Shown here in pieces: positions 10,269-20,492 of a stretch of 64,000 nt of DNA. Within the stretch, counting starts at the first letter, position 1. Each line of letters begins with the position of its first letter. The translations under genes and the position numbers were made by a program. This stretch comes from a virus (Duplodnaviria > Caudoviricetes). The notes under the pieces were generated by a model that worked only from the letters and a program-made list of their open reading frames with translations, was not told where the DNA came from and ran no database searches. Location: positions 1-64,000 of the IMG/VR virus record IMGVR_UViG_3300029288_000071; one strand, given 5' to 3'.

Positions 10269-11186
10269 ATGTCAATAATTAAAGAAGCTATTGCAGATGC
10301 AAACACTGTAACTTCAGTAATCGAAGAGAGAGCAAAAAACATGTTTATAAAAGAATTTTCACCACAAATTAAAAATATGCTTTCTGCTGTTATTAATGAA
10401 GAAGTCTCTACAGGCAATGATCAACCAGGTGGCTATAATCCAGAAGAAGATCAAGATGCTATGGGTGATGGAACAAACATTAATAAAGGCACCGGAGCTG
10501 GTCCAGTTGAAACTTATCCTGAAGGTAAAGATGTTAATGAAGAAGAAGCTCTTCCTGTTGATGATGATGATGAAATTAAACTTGACGATGAAATTCCTGA
10601 AGCTGAAATTCCTCCTATTGAAGCTGATGACGATGATAAAGAATTGGATGAGTTTTTCGGAGAGCCAGGAGAAGAGAAAGATGATATTGATGATGATGAA
10701 GTTTTAGAAGTAGTTGATGATGAAGAAGAAGTAAAGAAACCTGAAGATGAAGCAAAGAAAGAAGAAACAGTTGAAAAAGATGGAGATGGAAGTGACTTAT
10801 CAAATGATAATGCAATTGTTGAAAATTTGAAGAAAATCGCACGTAAATACAAGAAAGAAAATGCTATCCTTCGTGAAGCTGTAAATACTCTTAAAAATAA
10901 ATTTGAAAAAGTTGATCTTTTCAATGCAAAACTTGCTTATGCTTTCAAACTTATGACTCAACCAGGGATGACTCGTAATGAGAAGAAACAGATTGCAGAA
11001 GCTTTCGATGCTGCAAAAACTACAAGAGAAGCTCAGCTCATTTATAAAACAATGAAAAGAACTCCTTCTGTAACTAAAACAGTAAAGAATCCATTGAAGA
11101 ACGTTAACACTAAGTCAGTACTTTCTGAATCAACTAAGTTGAAAACAGCTCAAGTTGATAGAATGTCTGAATTAGCTGGTTTGTAA
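10269..11186 (+). CDS. Prohead core scaffold protein (gp22-like)
   Basis: Acidic linker; LFNAKLAY..KL; ends RMSELAGL; directly upstream of the capsid gene. Confidence 0.75.
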   Translation: MSIIKEAIADANTVTSVIEERAKNMFIKEFSPQIKNMLSAVINEEVSTGNDQPGGYNPEEDQDAMGDGTNINKGTGAGPVETYPEGKDVNEEEALPVDDDDEIKLDDEIPEAEIPPIEADDDDKELDEFFGEPGEEKDDIDDDEVLEVVDDEEEVKKPEDEAKKEETVEKDGDGSDLSNDNAIVENLKKIARKYKKENAILREAVNTLKNKFEKVDLFNAKLAYAFKLMTQPGMTRNEKKQIAEAFDAAKTTREAQLIYKTMKRTPSVTKTVKNPLKNVNTKSVLSESTKLKTAQVDRMSELAGL

Positions 11187-11231
11187 AAAATTAATAAACA
11201 AAATCATTTTAATAACGGGAGACATAAATAA

Positions 11232-12950
11232 ATGTCAGATTATAATTTTATCAAAGAAATGGCTGGATCTGAACTCGAGTCAAGAGCTTCAATAACCAAA
11301 CGTCTCGTTGAAAAATGGGGTAAAACCAATCTTTTGAAGAAACTTTCAAAAGGTAACGGCCAAATTATGGCTAACTTGCTTGAACAAGAAGCAAGAGGTT
11401 TGAAACAATTGAATGAAGGTTCAACGGTATCAGATATCGCTGGCTTCAATAAAATTGCTTTCCCATTAGTTCGAAGAGTGTTTGCACAATTGATTGCAAA
11501 TGAAATCGTTTCAGTACAACCAATGAGCTTACCATCTGGTTTGCTTTTCTACTTGGATTTCTATTTCGATAGATACAAGGGTGGATTTGCTTCAGGTGGA
11601 TCAGTTTATGGTAACAAATCACCTATAGTTAATCAAACACTTGAAGGTGTTGGTGGTATGACTGCAGGTGGTGGATTCTATGAATTGAATAGTGGTTATT
11701 CAACACGAAGTTATCTATTGTCAGCAAATGGCATTACAGGAACTGGTGGATTGCTCACAGAAGCAGTAACATCAGCTCTTATTGGTCAAGTTACACCAGT
11801 TAGATTTACAATTGGTGCAGCATCAGCAACTATGGATTTGGCACAATTGTTTAATATGAGACTTGCTCTTTCTAGTGAATTTAATCTTGGAACTACAACT
11901 TTCAGATCACAAAAACCTGTTGAGAATCTTACAGCAGAATCATTGTGGGGAACATATGACCCTTCATTAACTAGATATAGTGCAAACCAACTTACATTTT
12001 ATTGTAACTCTACAGCAGTAGAATCAATAACAGCTGCAGCAGCTTCAGGAACTAGTAAGGTATTGGTTTATGGCCCAATGAAGACTGATTTGCAAGATAA
12101 TCCAAAATCAACTGTACTTGGAGATTTTGAAGCTGTAACAGGTATTCCACAATTGAACATCAGTATTTCTAGCGTACCAGTAATGGCACAAACTAGAAAA
12201 TTGAAAACTCAATGGACTCCTGAATTAGCTCAAGATTTAAATGCTTATCACGCATTAGATGCAGAAGTTGAATTAACAACCATTCTTTCAGAAGCCATCG
12301 CACTTGAAATTGACCGAGAAATTCTTGGTGAATTAATTAAAGGTGCAACTGTAAAAGCTGCTTGGTCACGAAAAATTGGTAAATATGTATCACTTTCAGC
12401 AGATGGTGTTATAGTTTCTACTAAATCACTTGCAGATGCTTCACAAGGAAGCTACCAAGCATTCTATGGTACTCAACAAGATTGGTATCAAACACTTGGT
12501 GAAACAGTTACTACAGTAAGTAATGAAATCCATAAGAGATCATTGAGACATGGTGCTAACTTCATTGTTACAAGCCCTGAAATTAGCTCAGTCATTGAAT
12601 CAATTAATGGATTCAAACCAACAATCTTATCAGACGCTTCTGAAGTTGAATACAGCTTTGGAACAGAAAAGACAGGTACTTTGTCAAGCAGATACACTGT
12701 TTACAAAGATCCTTATTTCCCAGCTGATTTGATGTTGCTTGGATATAAAGGCGGTTCATTCTTGGAAACAGGATTTGTATATGCTCCTTATGTCCCATTG
12801 TTAGTAACACCTACTATTTTTGCTCCTGAAGACTTCACACCACGAAGAGCTGTAATGACACGATATGCAAAACAAATGGTTAGACCTGAAATGTACGGAG
12901 TTATTAGAGTTGTTGACTTAGACTTTATTGGCTCACCTGCATCAATTTAA
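11232..12950 (+). CDS. Major capsid protein (T4 gp23 family)
   Basis: FPLVRRVF, VSVQPMSLPSGL.FYLD, TRKLK..WTPELAQDLNAYH.LDAE.EL, YAPYVPL, MTRY. Confidence 0.95.
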   Translation: MSDYNFIKEMAGSELESRASITKRLVEKWGKTNLLKKLSKGNGQIMANLLEQEARGLKQLNEGSTVSDIAGFNKIAFPLVRRVFAQLIANEIVSVQPMSLPSGLLFYLDFYFDRYKGGFASGGSVYGNKSPIVNQTLEGVGGMTAGGGFYELNSGYSTRSYLLSANGITGTGGLLTEAVTSALIGQVTPVRFTIGAASATMDLAQLFNMRLALSSEFNLGTTTFRSQKPVENLTAESLWGTYDPSLTRYSANQLTFYCNSTAVESITAAAASGTSKVLVYGPMKTDLQDNPKSTVLGDFEAVTGIPQLNISISSVPVMAQTRKLKTQWTPELAQDLNAYHALDAEVELTTILSEAIALEIDREILGELIKGATVKAAWSRKIGKYVSLSADGVIVSTKSLADASQGSYQAFYGTQQDWYQTLGETVTTVSNEIHKRSLRHGANFIVTSPEISSVIESINGFKPTILSDASEVEYSFGTEKTGTLSSRYTVYKDPYFPADLMLLGYKGGSFLETGFVYAPYVPLLVTPTIFAPEDFTPRRAVMTRYAKQMVRPEMYGVIRVVDLDFIGSPASI

Positions 12951-12972
12951 TCGTTGAAGAAATAGATATGAG

Positions 12973-13004
12973 AATAGCGGCCTTAAACAAGCCGCTATTT
13001 TTTT
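12973..13004 (+). terminator. Rho-independent terminator after the capsid gene
   Basis: AATAGCGGC/GCCGCTATT stem plus T-run. Confidence 0.85.
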
Positions 13005-13206
13005 GTTCTGTAAAAATTTTCAATTGATTGTACTTCATCCCAATAAACAGATACAGCTAACTCCCAAACAAAATTCTTTCCTAAATATTGTATCATTTTT
13101 TTTCGAATTTTTTTTCATCTTCATTCAAACCCTCTGCAAGCCATATCATATCTTGTAATGCTTTTCTTAACTCTTCCATTGGATTACTCCTTCCCAGTTG
13201 CTTTGG

Positions 13207-13382
13207 CTATGACTTTGCACGGATGTATTTCTTTTTTAGTGTTTCCTGCTATAAAATTAGGACACACTTGGCAGGCTACACTTCCAATATAAACGCCTCG
13301 TTCTTTATATGGTTGAACTTGGTCATTGTTCGAGACACTCCACCCCTCTGTGTTTATAATAATATCTTTTATCCTTTACCAT
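13207..13382 (-). pseudogene. Frameshifted Cys-rich gene, paralog of 23678..23920
   Basis: Deleting one A in CAATGACCAA restores ...CLEQCQ...IGSVACQVCPNF, matching CLDFC...IGSAACFDC. Confidence 0.5.
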
Positions 13383-13396
13383 TGGATTACTCCTGA

Positions 13397-13624
13397 TTAA
13401 TAAGTATCAGTATCACTCCTAAATTCATCGTTAATTATTATTGCCCTACCTATTCTTAATGCATTTATTTTCTCCGCCTTCTCTAATCGCTTGCAGAGCC
13501 AGACAATAAAAGATTCTTGCCATTTTTCTAAAGCGGCTACCCATGCAACAACATCGACATATTCTGATCTAAGCGGTAATTTGTCCCCGCTCTCTTCAAT
13601 GTATTGCTTCTCATAGTCTATCAT
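13397..13624 (-). CDS. Hypothetical protein
   Basis: ORF in minus-strand run. Confidence 0.55.
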   Translation of the reverse strand: MIDYEKQYIEESGDKLPLRSEYVDVVAWVAALEKWQESFIVWLCKRLEKAEKINALRIGRAIIINDEFRSDTDTY

Positions 13625-13798
13625 TTTGAGTGTCCTATAATGGTTTTGAAAAATAAATTACAAAGAATAAACCGACTAATAACATTATTATTCCATATAT
13701 CTTTGTTATCTGCTTACTCCGAGTATATTTGGCGGTTGTATGTCCAAACATAAGTCCTGCGAATAAAAACCATATACAGCACCACATTGGCACATAAT

Positions 13799-13993
13799 TC
13801 ATTTCAACTCTCCTTTCTCATACTTTTCCAGCACTTCGATTGCAAGGCGATGTTCGGCAATAATTTTCTCTTCTTCTACTGTTGGAATACCTATACAATT
13901 TTCGCTCATAATTCGTCTTACTTTCTTGAGAGTATCTATTTGTTTATATAATTCTATATTCAATGTCTCTATCGCTGATTTAACTGAGTCCAT
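13799..13993 (-). CDS. Hypothetical protein
   Basis: Start moved to MDSVK (AAGGA SD). Confidence 0.55.
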   Translation of the reverse strand: MDSVKSAIETLNIELYKQIDTLKKVRRIMSENCIGIPTVEEEKIIAEHRLAIEVLEKYEKGELK

Positions 13994-14003
13994 TATTAGT
14001 CCT

Positions 14004-14213
14004 TTAAAATTTATCGTTAGAATTTCTATAAGAAATAGATATGACATATTTGCCATTTATATCGGTTAAATGACGTTTGCCGTGCCATATCTCAAACCAT
14101 CTAACCCCTGCCATTTCGCCGTTTTCCCATCTAACCTTAATTTCGGTTACACCATAACAGCCAACAGCGTAAGAGTAACCCCCTAATTCTATTTTATCAA
14201 TTATTTGTTTCAT
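14004..14213 (-). CDS. Hypothetical protein
   Basis: Start moved to MKQII (AGGAG SD). Confidence 0.6.
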   Translation of the reverse strand: MKQIIDKIELGGYSYAVGCYGVTEIKVRWENGEMAGVRWFEIWHGKRHLTDINGKYVISISYRNSNDKF

Positions 14214-14337
14214 ATCTCTCTCCTTTACTCCGGTGATAATTGATTCTTGCACTCCAAAAAGTATAGATCTGATTTTTCTCTGGTTCTCTTGGAACTTCAT
14301 ATCCCATTTTGACGAGCAAAGCATTAATTTCATTCAT
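14197..14337 (-). CDS. Small protein with N-terminal KMGY motif
   Basis: MNEINALLVKMGY; coupled to upstream stop. Confidence 0.45.
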   Translation of the reverse strand: MNEINALLVKMGYEVPREPEKNQIYTFWSARINYHRSKGERYETNN

Positions 14338-14644
14338 TAAATAAATCTCTAAATTGTGTAAGATTGTTTTTATACAAAAATTGCATTCTAAATCCATCAT
14401 CCCAAGTTTCTTCAGGATCTTTATCTTCGTAAATTTCAACAATACAAGGATATTGTGCAGGTTCTGGGATTATATATTTTCCATATTGATGTTCTTTTTT
14501 ATTAAACTCTTCAAGAGCATCTTTTAATAGTTGAGAAGTTTTAAATTTCTTCCAACCTGGAAAGTAAGGAGTTATAATTGATTTTCTGTAGTCAGAAAAA
14601 TCTTTGATCAAAATATATGTACTTTTTCGTTCTTGATAGTCCAT
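14330..14644 (-). CDS. Hypothetical protein
   Basis: ORF track; operon context. Confidence 0.6.
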   Translation of the reverse strand: MDYQERKSTYILIKDFSDYRKSIITPYFPGWKKFKTSQLLKDALEEFNKKEHQYGKYIIPEPAQYPCIVEIYEDKDPEETWDDGFRMQFLYKNNLTQFRDLFNE

Positions 14645-14657
14645 TGCAAATCTCTTT

Positions 14658-15551
14658 TTAGATTAATTTAACTATTTTTTCAAAACTCTTTTCTTTCAAA
14701 CCATTACCACTTCCAAATAATCGACTATCAATTTGATTGCTTTCAGGTTTTTTACTTCCTTTTTGAGTATCAGTATATTCTGCAATTGCATTATACAATT
14801 TCCAGAGATTGATATTCTTTTCTCTCATTAAGATTCCCATTATAGCATCAATAACGTTTTTGGTTCTTGTAGAAACAGAAGTTTTCTTGTCAGGATGGAG
14901 TAACTCTTCAACAAAAAGATAAGCATCTTTCAAATCAACTTCTTTTTCAGCCATCTTTTCAAATACTTTAACAATTTCAGCAAAAGCATTATGTGCAGCT
15001 TGCATTGTTCTTTTGCCTTCCATCATTTTATCATTAACTGAATGTGTATGCCGGATCTCTAATTCTGTATCTAAAGTAGGAAGAGTGAAAGGGAGGATAG
15101 CTTTTGTTTTTACATTCTCAATTACAAATTTTACAGTTACTTTTCTGGTGCCATTATGAGAATTAGAAAGGATAAGAGTTTTCTTTACAACATCTTCTTT
15201 CAAACCAACTGAATCACCAAGATGAGCTTTAACTGAGATAAGAGCACCATCTCTTAATTCATAGACTGATTTGAAGAGAACTTCATATTGATTTGCAACA
15301 CTATCAATGAATTCGAAAGCATCTTCATTCTGAACCACTGTATAAACTGAACCAACATCACCGATTGGAGTCATTGTATCCATTCGAATAGTAGCATAGC
15401 GGTCAAGAACTCGCTTTGAATCAAAACCGGGTTCTTTTTTGTTTTTAGGGAAAATGTGAGCAAAGATAGGATGTTTTTCAACTTTGAAATCAAGCTTTGC
15501 TGCTTTCAAAGCTTCTTTAGCAGTTACATATGATTCATTTACTAGTGTCAT
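14658..15551 (-). CDS. DUF932 family phage/plasmid protein
   Basis: Y.VVQNEDAFEF.D, LSNSHNG, IRHT, LW.LYNAI.EY, LFGSG..LK. Confidence 0.8.
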   Translation of the reverse strand: MTLVNESYVTAKEALKAAKLDFKVEKHPIFAHIFPKNKKEPGFDSKRVLDRYATIRMDTMTPIGDVGSVYTVVQNEDAFEFIDSVANQYEVLFKSVYELRDGALISVKAHLGDSVGLKEDVVKKTLILSNSHNGTRKVTVKFVIENVKTKAILPFTLPTLDTELEIRHTHSVNDKMMEGKRTMQAAHNAFAEIVKVFEKMAEKEVDLKDAYLFVEELLHPDKKTSVSTRTKNVIDAIMGILMREKNINLWKLYNAIAEYTDTQKGSKKPESNQIDSRLFGSGNGLKEKSFEKIVKLI

Positions 15552-15583
15552 TTTTAATTCTCCTTAATTTTTTATGTTAATAT

Positions 15584-15612
15584 AACTTAATATTAAGTTG
15601 ATTAAAAATAAA
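15584..15612 (-). promoter_or_regulatory. Early promoter, variant copy
   Basis: TTTATT-N17-TAAGTT. Confidence 0.5.
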
Positions 15613-15785
15613 CAGGCAGCAAAAATAAAGTTTTACTTTAGAATAGATCCATCTTTTAACTGTAGCCAAATTTGATAATTAACTTTAACAACTTTCACTG
15701 GTTTATCCCTATCAAAAGGCTGTATATACATACACCTAGAAGAATTAAAACTAATCTTGTAGAATCCATCATCTTTTTCTCCTAT

Positions 15786-15828
15786 AAAAAAGCAGGGAAA
15801 TTCGTTATTTTTACGAAATCCCTGCTTT
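15786..15828 (-). terminator. Terminator after the SPFH gene
   Basis: AAAGCAGGGA/TCCCTGCTTT stem plus T-run on minus. Confidence 0.75.
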
Positions 15829-15847
15829 ATAACTGACCGGTCGAGGA

Positions 15848-17074
15848 CTACTTTACTTTCATATCAAGATTCAACTGGTGAGCAGTCTGTGCTTGCCATA
15901 ACTGAATTAATTCATTAACACTTCCAGCCTGGCCACCACCCTTACCATCACCACCTACTACTAAAGGAACAAAATTACTCTTACCTTCTTTAAGAGCATC
16001 TGCATATCTGAAATTGACTTCTTTGTAAGCTTCAAGTTTCATCTCCAAAGCACCGTTAGCTTGCATAATAAGTCTTTGTTTTGCAGCTTCACCTTCACCT
16101 TCATAAATTTTTGCTTGTTTATTTTGAGCTTGAGCTAAAGCATTTAACTTAGCAACTTCAAGCTTTTGCTGAGCTTCTGTAACTTGCTGAGCTTTAATAA
16201 CTTCTTGTTCCCATTTAGCTTTTGCTGCATTAGCTTCACCTTCTTTGGCTGCAGTAATAGCTTTCTGTTCTGCTTCTTTAGCTTGTGCTACTGCAGTTTG
16301 AACTTGCATAGTAGCTTTTTGCTGTGTAGAGATTTGCTCTTCAACTGTGGGATCATATGCAATTTCATTGATTGAAAGGTTAAATGTTTTAACTCCAAAT
16401 AAACTTAAAGGAGAAACATCTTGGCGTAAGAAGTTACCTTTTTCATCAGTTAAAATTTTAACAACATTAACTGTTTTCAAAATTCCAGTCATAGGATCAG
16501 GAATTTTTTCTGGTTCTGTTGCTGTTTGATAAACTCCATTTTGAATCTGATCTTCAATATATCTTAACAAGTCAGTTCTTCGTGAAGAATAAGATTCAGC
16601 ACTAGAAATCATTGGACCAACCATATAAACTGATTTTTCAATTACAGTTCTTACAAGTTGTTGTTCAACTGCACTTTCACTTCCATATTTTCTGTGCATA
16701 GCAGTTAAAAATTCTTCAGTTAAAGGTTTTTCCCAAGCTAATGAACCAGAGATGTTTCCATGTCCACCATCATTAAATCGGACTTTAATAGATTGCTGAA
16801 GTTCAGACCCTTGGTCATCTTTACTAGAAAACCAATATTGAGATCGAAGCTTATACTTTGTAACTTCTCCAAAACCCTGCCATTTAACACCCGGAGTAGT
16901 TGACCATGTAAGAGTTCCAGCAAATGGTGATTGAACAACCATTAATTCTCCAGCATCCAAATCTTCCCAGAGTTTGAATGGAAGAACACTTAAAACAATT
17001 GCAGCAATAATAGCAAGCCCAAGATATACTGGGTTGATACCATTGCCAGATGTACCTGATGCATTGTTGTTCAT
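15848..17074 (-). CDS. SPFH/band-7 domain membrane protein
   Basis: N-terminal TM; VRFNDGG.G.ISG; AE-rich coiled coil. Start moved to MNNNASG. Confidence 0.8.
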   Translation of the reverse strand: MNNNASGTSGNGINPVYLGLAIIAAIVLSVLPFKLWEDLDAGELMVVQSPFAGTLTWSTTPGVKWQGFGEVTKYKLRSQYWFSSKDDQGSELQQSIKVRFNDGGHGNISGSLAWEKPLTEEFLTAMHRKYGSESAVEQQLVRTVIEKSVYMVGPMISSAESYSSRRTDLLRYIEDQIQNGVYQTATEPEKIPDPMTGILKTVNVVKILTDEKGNFLRQDVSPLSLFGVKTFNLSINEIAYDPTVEEQISTQQKATMQVQTAVAQAKEAEQKAITAAKEGEANAAKAKWEQEVIKAQQVTEAQQKLEVAKLNALAQAQNKQAKIYEGEGEAAKQRLIMQANGALEMKLEAYKEVNFRYADALKEGKSNFVPLVVGGDGKGGGQAGSVNELIQLWQAQTAHQLNLDMKVK

Positions 17075-17135
17075 ATTAATACCTTTCATATTGTTTGAAT
17101 TTTGTTGTAGATTGTTAGTTAAAATTGTTTCTTGT

Positions 17136-17396
17136 TCATTTTTTCTTTTTCTTTGCTGCTTTTTCTTCTTCAAATTTGGCTTTTTCATCATCGAGTTCTT
17201 TTTGAGTTTTCTCAATAGTTTTTTCGATTTCAAATTCTTCTTTTTTGTCATTGAGTTCTTCCAATTTATTTAATAATTTTTTTCTTCGTAAAAAAGGAAA
17301 AATTGGTGTACCATTTTTGATAGGCACAAAAATTTGTGTTAAAAGAATTAACACAAAAAGTAAAAAGAAAAGTATTTCTATTAATCTTAACGCCAT
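17136..17396 (-). CDS. Small membrane protein upstream of SPFH
   Basis: N-terminal TM, P.FPF motif, coiled-coil tail. Confidence 0.65.
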   Translation of the reverse strand: MALRLIEILFFLLFVLILLTQIFVPIKNGTPIFPFLRRKKLLNKLEELNDKKEEFEIEKTIEKTQKELDDEKAKFEEEKAAKKKKK

Positions 17397-17421
17397 AAAT
17401 TTATCTCCTTTTTGTTATTGT

Positions 17422-17748
17422 TTATTTTGATTTATTTTGATCTGGTCCAAATTGTGTAACTTTTTTGTCATTGTCTACCCATATCGTATATGGTGCAAAA
17501 TGATCTTTATCTATTTTAATACAAACATCATAACGATAAGTGAAACCCGACCAAAGAATTGGTGTTTCTTTTAAAAGTAATGCAGTAGCTTTGCCATCGC
17601 AAATATACTCATTTAGAGTATGATATTCTTCTTTAGATTGTTGTTTTGAAGGTGGCCACCATAGAAATAAACTAAGAAGTAATACAAAAATTATTGTAAA
17701 TAAAACTGCTGTTAAAATTTTAATTTTATGACTTATGTTCAGATTCAT
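17422..17748 (-). CDS. Hypothetical membrane-anchored protein
   Basis: N-terminal TM. Confidence 0.6.
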   Translation of the reverse strand: MNLNISHKIKILTAVLFTIIFVLLLSLFLWWPPSKQQSKEEYHTLNEYICDGKATALLLKETPILWSGFTYRYDVCIKIDKDHFAPYTIWVDNDKKVTQFGPDQNKSK

Positions 17749-17986
17749 ATTTAATATCTCTTAATACTGTGCAATAAGAATTAGCATCAACACATTCAAC
17801 AGCAATTTGATGTAAAGCTTGATATTGATTTTCTGATAATACTGTTAAGTCAGATATTGATTTTAAAAATTTTTCTACATTATAATCTAAATTAGTAGTG
17901 CACCAACAATATCTTAAAAGTTTTTCATAATCTGATTTATTATAAGTTTTAGATTTTCTTCTAACTACTTTAGCGATATTTTTCAT
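17726..17986 (-). CDS. Hypothetical protein
   Basis: Coupled ORF. Confidence 0.6.
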   Translation of the reverse strand: MKNIAKVVRRKSKTYNKSDYEKLLRYCWCTTNLDYNVEKFLKSISDLTVLSENQYQALHQIAVECVDANSYCTVLRDIKYESEHKS

Positions 17987-18232
17987 TTATACTTTGGGTG
18001 CAATGGATTGTTTCTGAACTATTGAAATTGGGAGTCTATGTATTTCTCCTGTTTTCACATCTTTAACTACTAATCCATTTTGTCGAACACGATATCCAAG
18101 TCCAAGAACTTCATATTCTTGTTCATTGTGTTTTATGATTGTTCCTAAAATTGTTTCTGGTATGTTCAGTCGGGCCCATTTCTTCTGAAAACGAAGTTTG
18201 GCTTCTTCAATTGTAATATCTTTGCAGGGCAT
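17987..18232 (-). CDS. Hypothetical protein, resembles the C-terminus of 24627..25085
   Basis: Shared YEVLG...D..T..I....I pattern. Confidence 0.6.
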   Translation of the reverse strand: MPCKDITIEEAKLRFQKKWARLNIPETILGTIIKHNEQEYEVLGLGYRVRQNGLVVKDVKTGEIHRLPISIVQKQSIAPKV

Positions 18233-18235
18233 ATG

Positions 18236-18448
18236 TTAATCTACTTTCTTTTCAGTGGGAGTTGTTTTTTGTTTACTAGCTTCAGTAGTTTCAACAAATT
18301 TTAAAATTGCGGGATAATGTTCTACAATTAATTTAGCTTTAGATAAACCAAAACCAAAAAATTGAGAGAGATTCATTACGGGGTTACCTTTGAATTCTGA
18401 ATATTGAGGATATTTCTTTTCTTTTTCTTCCATTTTTTCACCTTTCAT
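18236..18448 (-). CDS. Conserved-type phage hypothetical protein
   Basis: SEFKGNPV...FGFGLSKAKLI; first gene after promoter. Confidence 0.65.
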   Translation of the reverse strand: MKGEKMEEKEKKYPQYSEFKGNPVMNLSQFFGFGLSKAKLIVEHYPAILKFVETTEASKQKTTPTEKKVD

Positions 18449-18466
18449 TTAAATTTGAATTTATAC

Positions 18467-18495
18467 AATTTAATATTTAACTACTTAAGAGTAAA
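18467..18495 (-). promoter_or_regulatory. Early promoter
   Basis: TTTACT-N17-TAAATT. Confidence 0.75.
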
Positions 18496-18504
18496 TAAAA
18501 ATGC

Positions 18505-18885
18505 TTACTTTAATTTTTCTATTTCTTTCTTAAGTCTATCAAGATATGCGTCTTGAAGTGAATCAACTCTGCATTGTTCTCCATATAAAACACTTGTTTT
18601 TGATGAATCAGACTTTACATGTTTTTTATACTGAATAGTTAAATTTGTTAACTGAGATTTGACTGTGTCAATATTCAAGTTTAGCTTATTAATATCATTT
18701 CTTATCTTTGTAGTGTTATCTGCTTCATTCCAGAGAACAAAACCTCCAAGAAAAATTATTACAAGTAAAGTAAAAATGAAATTAAAATTTATAGTCCATT
18801 TCATATCAGAATCCTTTTCTGCTTCATCATTTTCATCAGCATCAAAGTATTGTTTTACTAGTGCTTTACGTTCTTCATCAGTCAT
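18505..18885 (-). CDS. Single-TM coiled-coil protein
   Basis: Hydrophobic helix followed by heptads. Confidence 0.6.
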   Translation of the reverse strand: MTDEERKALVKQYFDADENDEAEKDSDMKWTINFNFIFTLLVIIFLGGFVLWNEADNTTKIRNDINKLNLNIDTVKSQLTNLTIQYKKHVKSDSSKTSVLYGEQCRVDSLQDAYLDRLKKEIEKLK

Positions 18886-18904
18886 ATTAAATCTAAAGTA
18901 ATAC

Positions 18905-19225
18905 TTAACTACTTAATTGTAAACCTTTTTCTCTAAGTATTTGTTTTCTATATGAATTTAAGCTTGAACAACAACCAGCACCAAAAGCTGGATTCAATTC
19001 TGCTCCTGGAAGATCTTTAATTTTAGAGTATTGATCACACAGATTTGATTCAGATAAGAATTTACATTGCTTCTTTTGAAAATCCCAAATACCAAATGCA
19101 CAAGGTGCTACTTTACAACAATAACCGCAATTTATGCATTTATTTTTGACTTGTCTTTCGATGTGTCTCTCCAAGCTATATTTCTTACAGTTGTCCAAGG
19201 AATAACAACTAATCCAGTTTGACAA
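18905..19225 (-). CDS. YkgJ-like Cys-cluster (CxxCxxCC) protein
   Basis: CINCGYCC...C..L....LC..Y. Confidence 0.6.
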   Translation of the reverse strand: MSNWISCYSLDNCKKYSLERHIERQVKNKCINCGYCCKVAPCAFGIWDFQKKQCKFLSESNLCDQYSKIKDLPGAELNPAFGAGCCSSLNSYRKQILREKGLQLSS

Positions 19226-19348
19226 TAAACAATTTCTTCACAATCATTACAAAATGCTTCATAATACTTACTTATGTCTCCAGTTATTGCTGGCAAATTA
19301 TCTGTCATAGAAATTTCACTTAGATTTCTATGTTCACAAAGGTCTAAA

Positions 19349-19636
19349 CTATGACGAGTGACTATTATTTGCATAATAATCTCCTTCATTTTTTTTGCCT
19401 AACATTTTCACTTCAGAAATAAGTTTTCTTTCTGCATTTATCTTTCCTTGAACTTGAACACATTTTCCTACAATCCAACAAACAACTTGAAATATTATAA
19501 AAGATAGTGCTAATGATCCAATATCATAGAAATTTATTTTAAACAAATATCTAATTAGCCACAAAGGAATAGTATATGCTAAACCTCCCCAAGCAAATAC
19601 TTTAAGTAGTCTTCCTTCAAATTCTTGGATTGTCAT
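19349..19636 (-). CDS. Two-TM membrane protein
   Basis: Hydrophobic helices. Confidence 0.6.
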   Translation of the reverse strand: MTIQEFEGRLLKVFAWGGLAYTIPLWLIRYLFKINFYDIGSLALSFIIFQVVCWIVGKCVQVQGKINAERKLISEVKMLGKKNEGDYYANNSHSS

Positions 19637-20051
19637 GATTTTCTACTCCTCTCGGATATTCTTTTATCCAAGGTAAGTCATAATTGTTTGATAATTTATA
19701 TCCCTTTTTTGTAGCTAAAAATCTAAGATTTTTTAAAATATATTTGTATTCTAATTGTGTAATAGGCAATGGTAATGAGAAGGGACACTTGCTCCATTTA
19801 TCAAAACATTTTGTATTATCAAATGCAAATCTAAAATTAACATCTTTATAAACATGTTCATTAAATTCACAAAATCCACCCCTGATCCATTTGCCACTAA
19901 CTTGAGCAAATCGATAATCAGGATCAAAACGAGAAACAATTTTTACTTTGTAACCATTTTTTCGAAGAAATTTAACAAGATTATCAAAAAGACTTTGATT
20001 AACCTTTTGTATTTTTGTCATTTGAATATTTTGTTCTGACATTTTTGACAT
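19617..20051 (-). CDS. Hypothetical protein
   Basis: ORF track. Confidence 0.6.
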   Translation of the reverse strand: MSKMSEQNIQMTKIQKVNQSLFDNLVKFLRKNGYKVKIVSRFDPDYRFAQVSGKWIRGGFCEFNEHVYKDVNFRFAFDNTKCFDKWSKCPFSLPLPITQLEYKYILKNLRFLATKKGYKLSNNYDLPWIKEYPRGVENHDNPRI

Positions 20052-20212
20052 ATTCCGCTAATAGTAAATTCTTTAAGAGCTAATTCATCTTTGAATTCTT
20101 CAAAGTTGATTGAATTGCTACATAAAGGACACTGTCGATTCTTAAGTCGTTCAATAGTATCAGGATGGATTAATCCTGACTTTTGTGCTTTTTCAAGAAT
20201 TGATAGATTCAT
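20018..20212 (-). CDS. Small zinc-ribbon protein
   Basis: CPLC...KEF.ISG.CQ.CQ..IF. Confidence 0.65.
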   Translation of the reverse strand: MNLSILEKAQKSGLIHPDTIERLKNRQCPLCSNSINFEEFKDELALKEFTISGICQKCQNKIFK

Positions 20213-20224
20213 TAGTAAGTTATT

Positions 20225-20491
20225 TCAACCCTTTTCTTTTAAAAATATTATTTTCTTTCCTGATGCTTCTAATTGATTAAATTTCAAATCAATATCTCCT
20301 TCAAAATGTTCCATTAATGGTGTTACACTAAATCCCAAAACTATTTCAAATCCGCATCTGGGGCATTTGTAAAGGTCAGCAAACCAGAGTTTATAGAGTT
20401 CAGTGTCTTCATTCATCATTTCAGCTACAACCACACCATTAATTTCTGGTTTTAATTCTATTTCACAAGTAACACATACATTTTTAGGCAT
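20225..20491 (-). CDS. Zinc-ribbon protein
   Basis: CVTC...W.ADLYKCPRCG. Confidence 0.65.
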   Translation of the reverse strand: MPKNVCVTCEIELKPEINGVVVAEMMNEDTELYKLWFADLYKCPRCGFEIVLGFSVTPLMEHFEGDIDLKFNQLEASGKKIIFLKEKG

Positions 20492-20492
20492 T

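Noticed and set aside
10396-12810. Alternative-frame and antisense ORFs over scaffold and capsid
   Set aside because: Artefacts of biased codon use in strongly supported genes.
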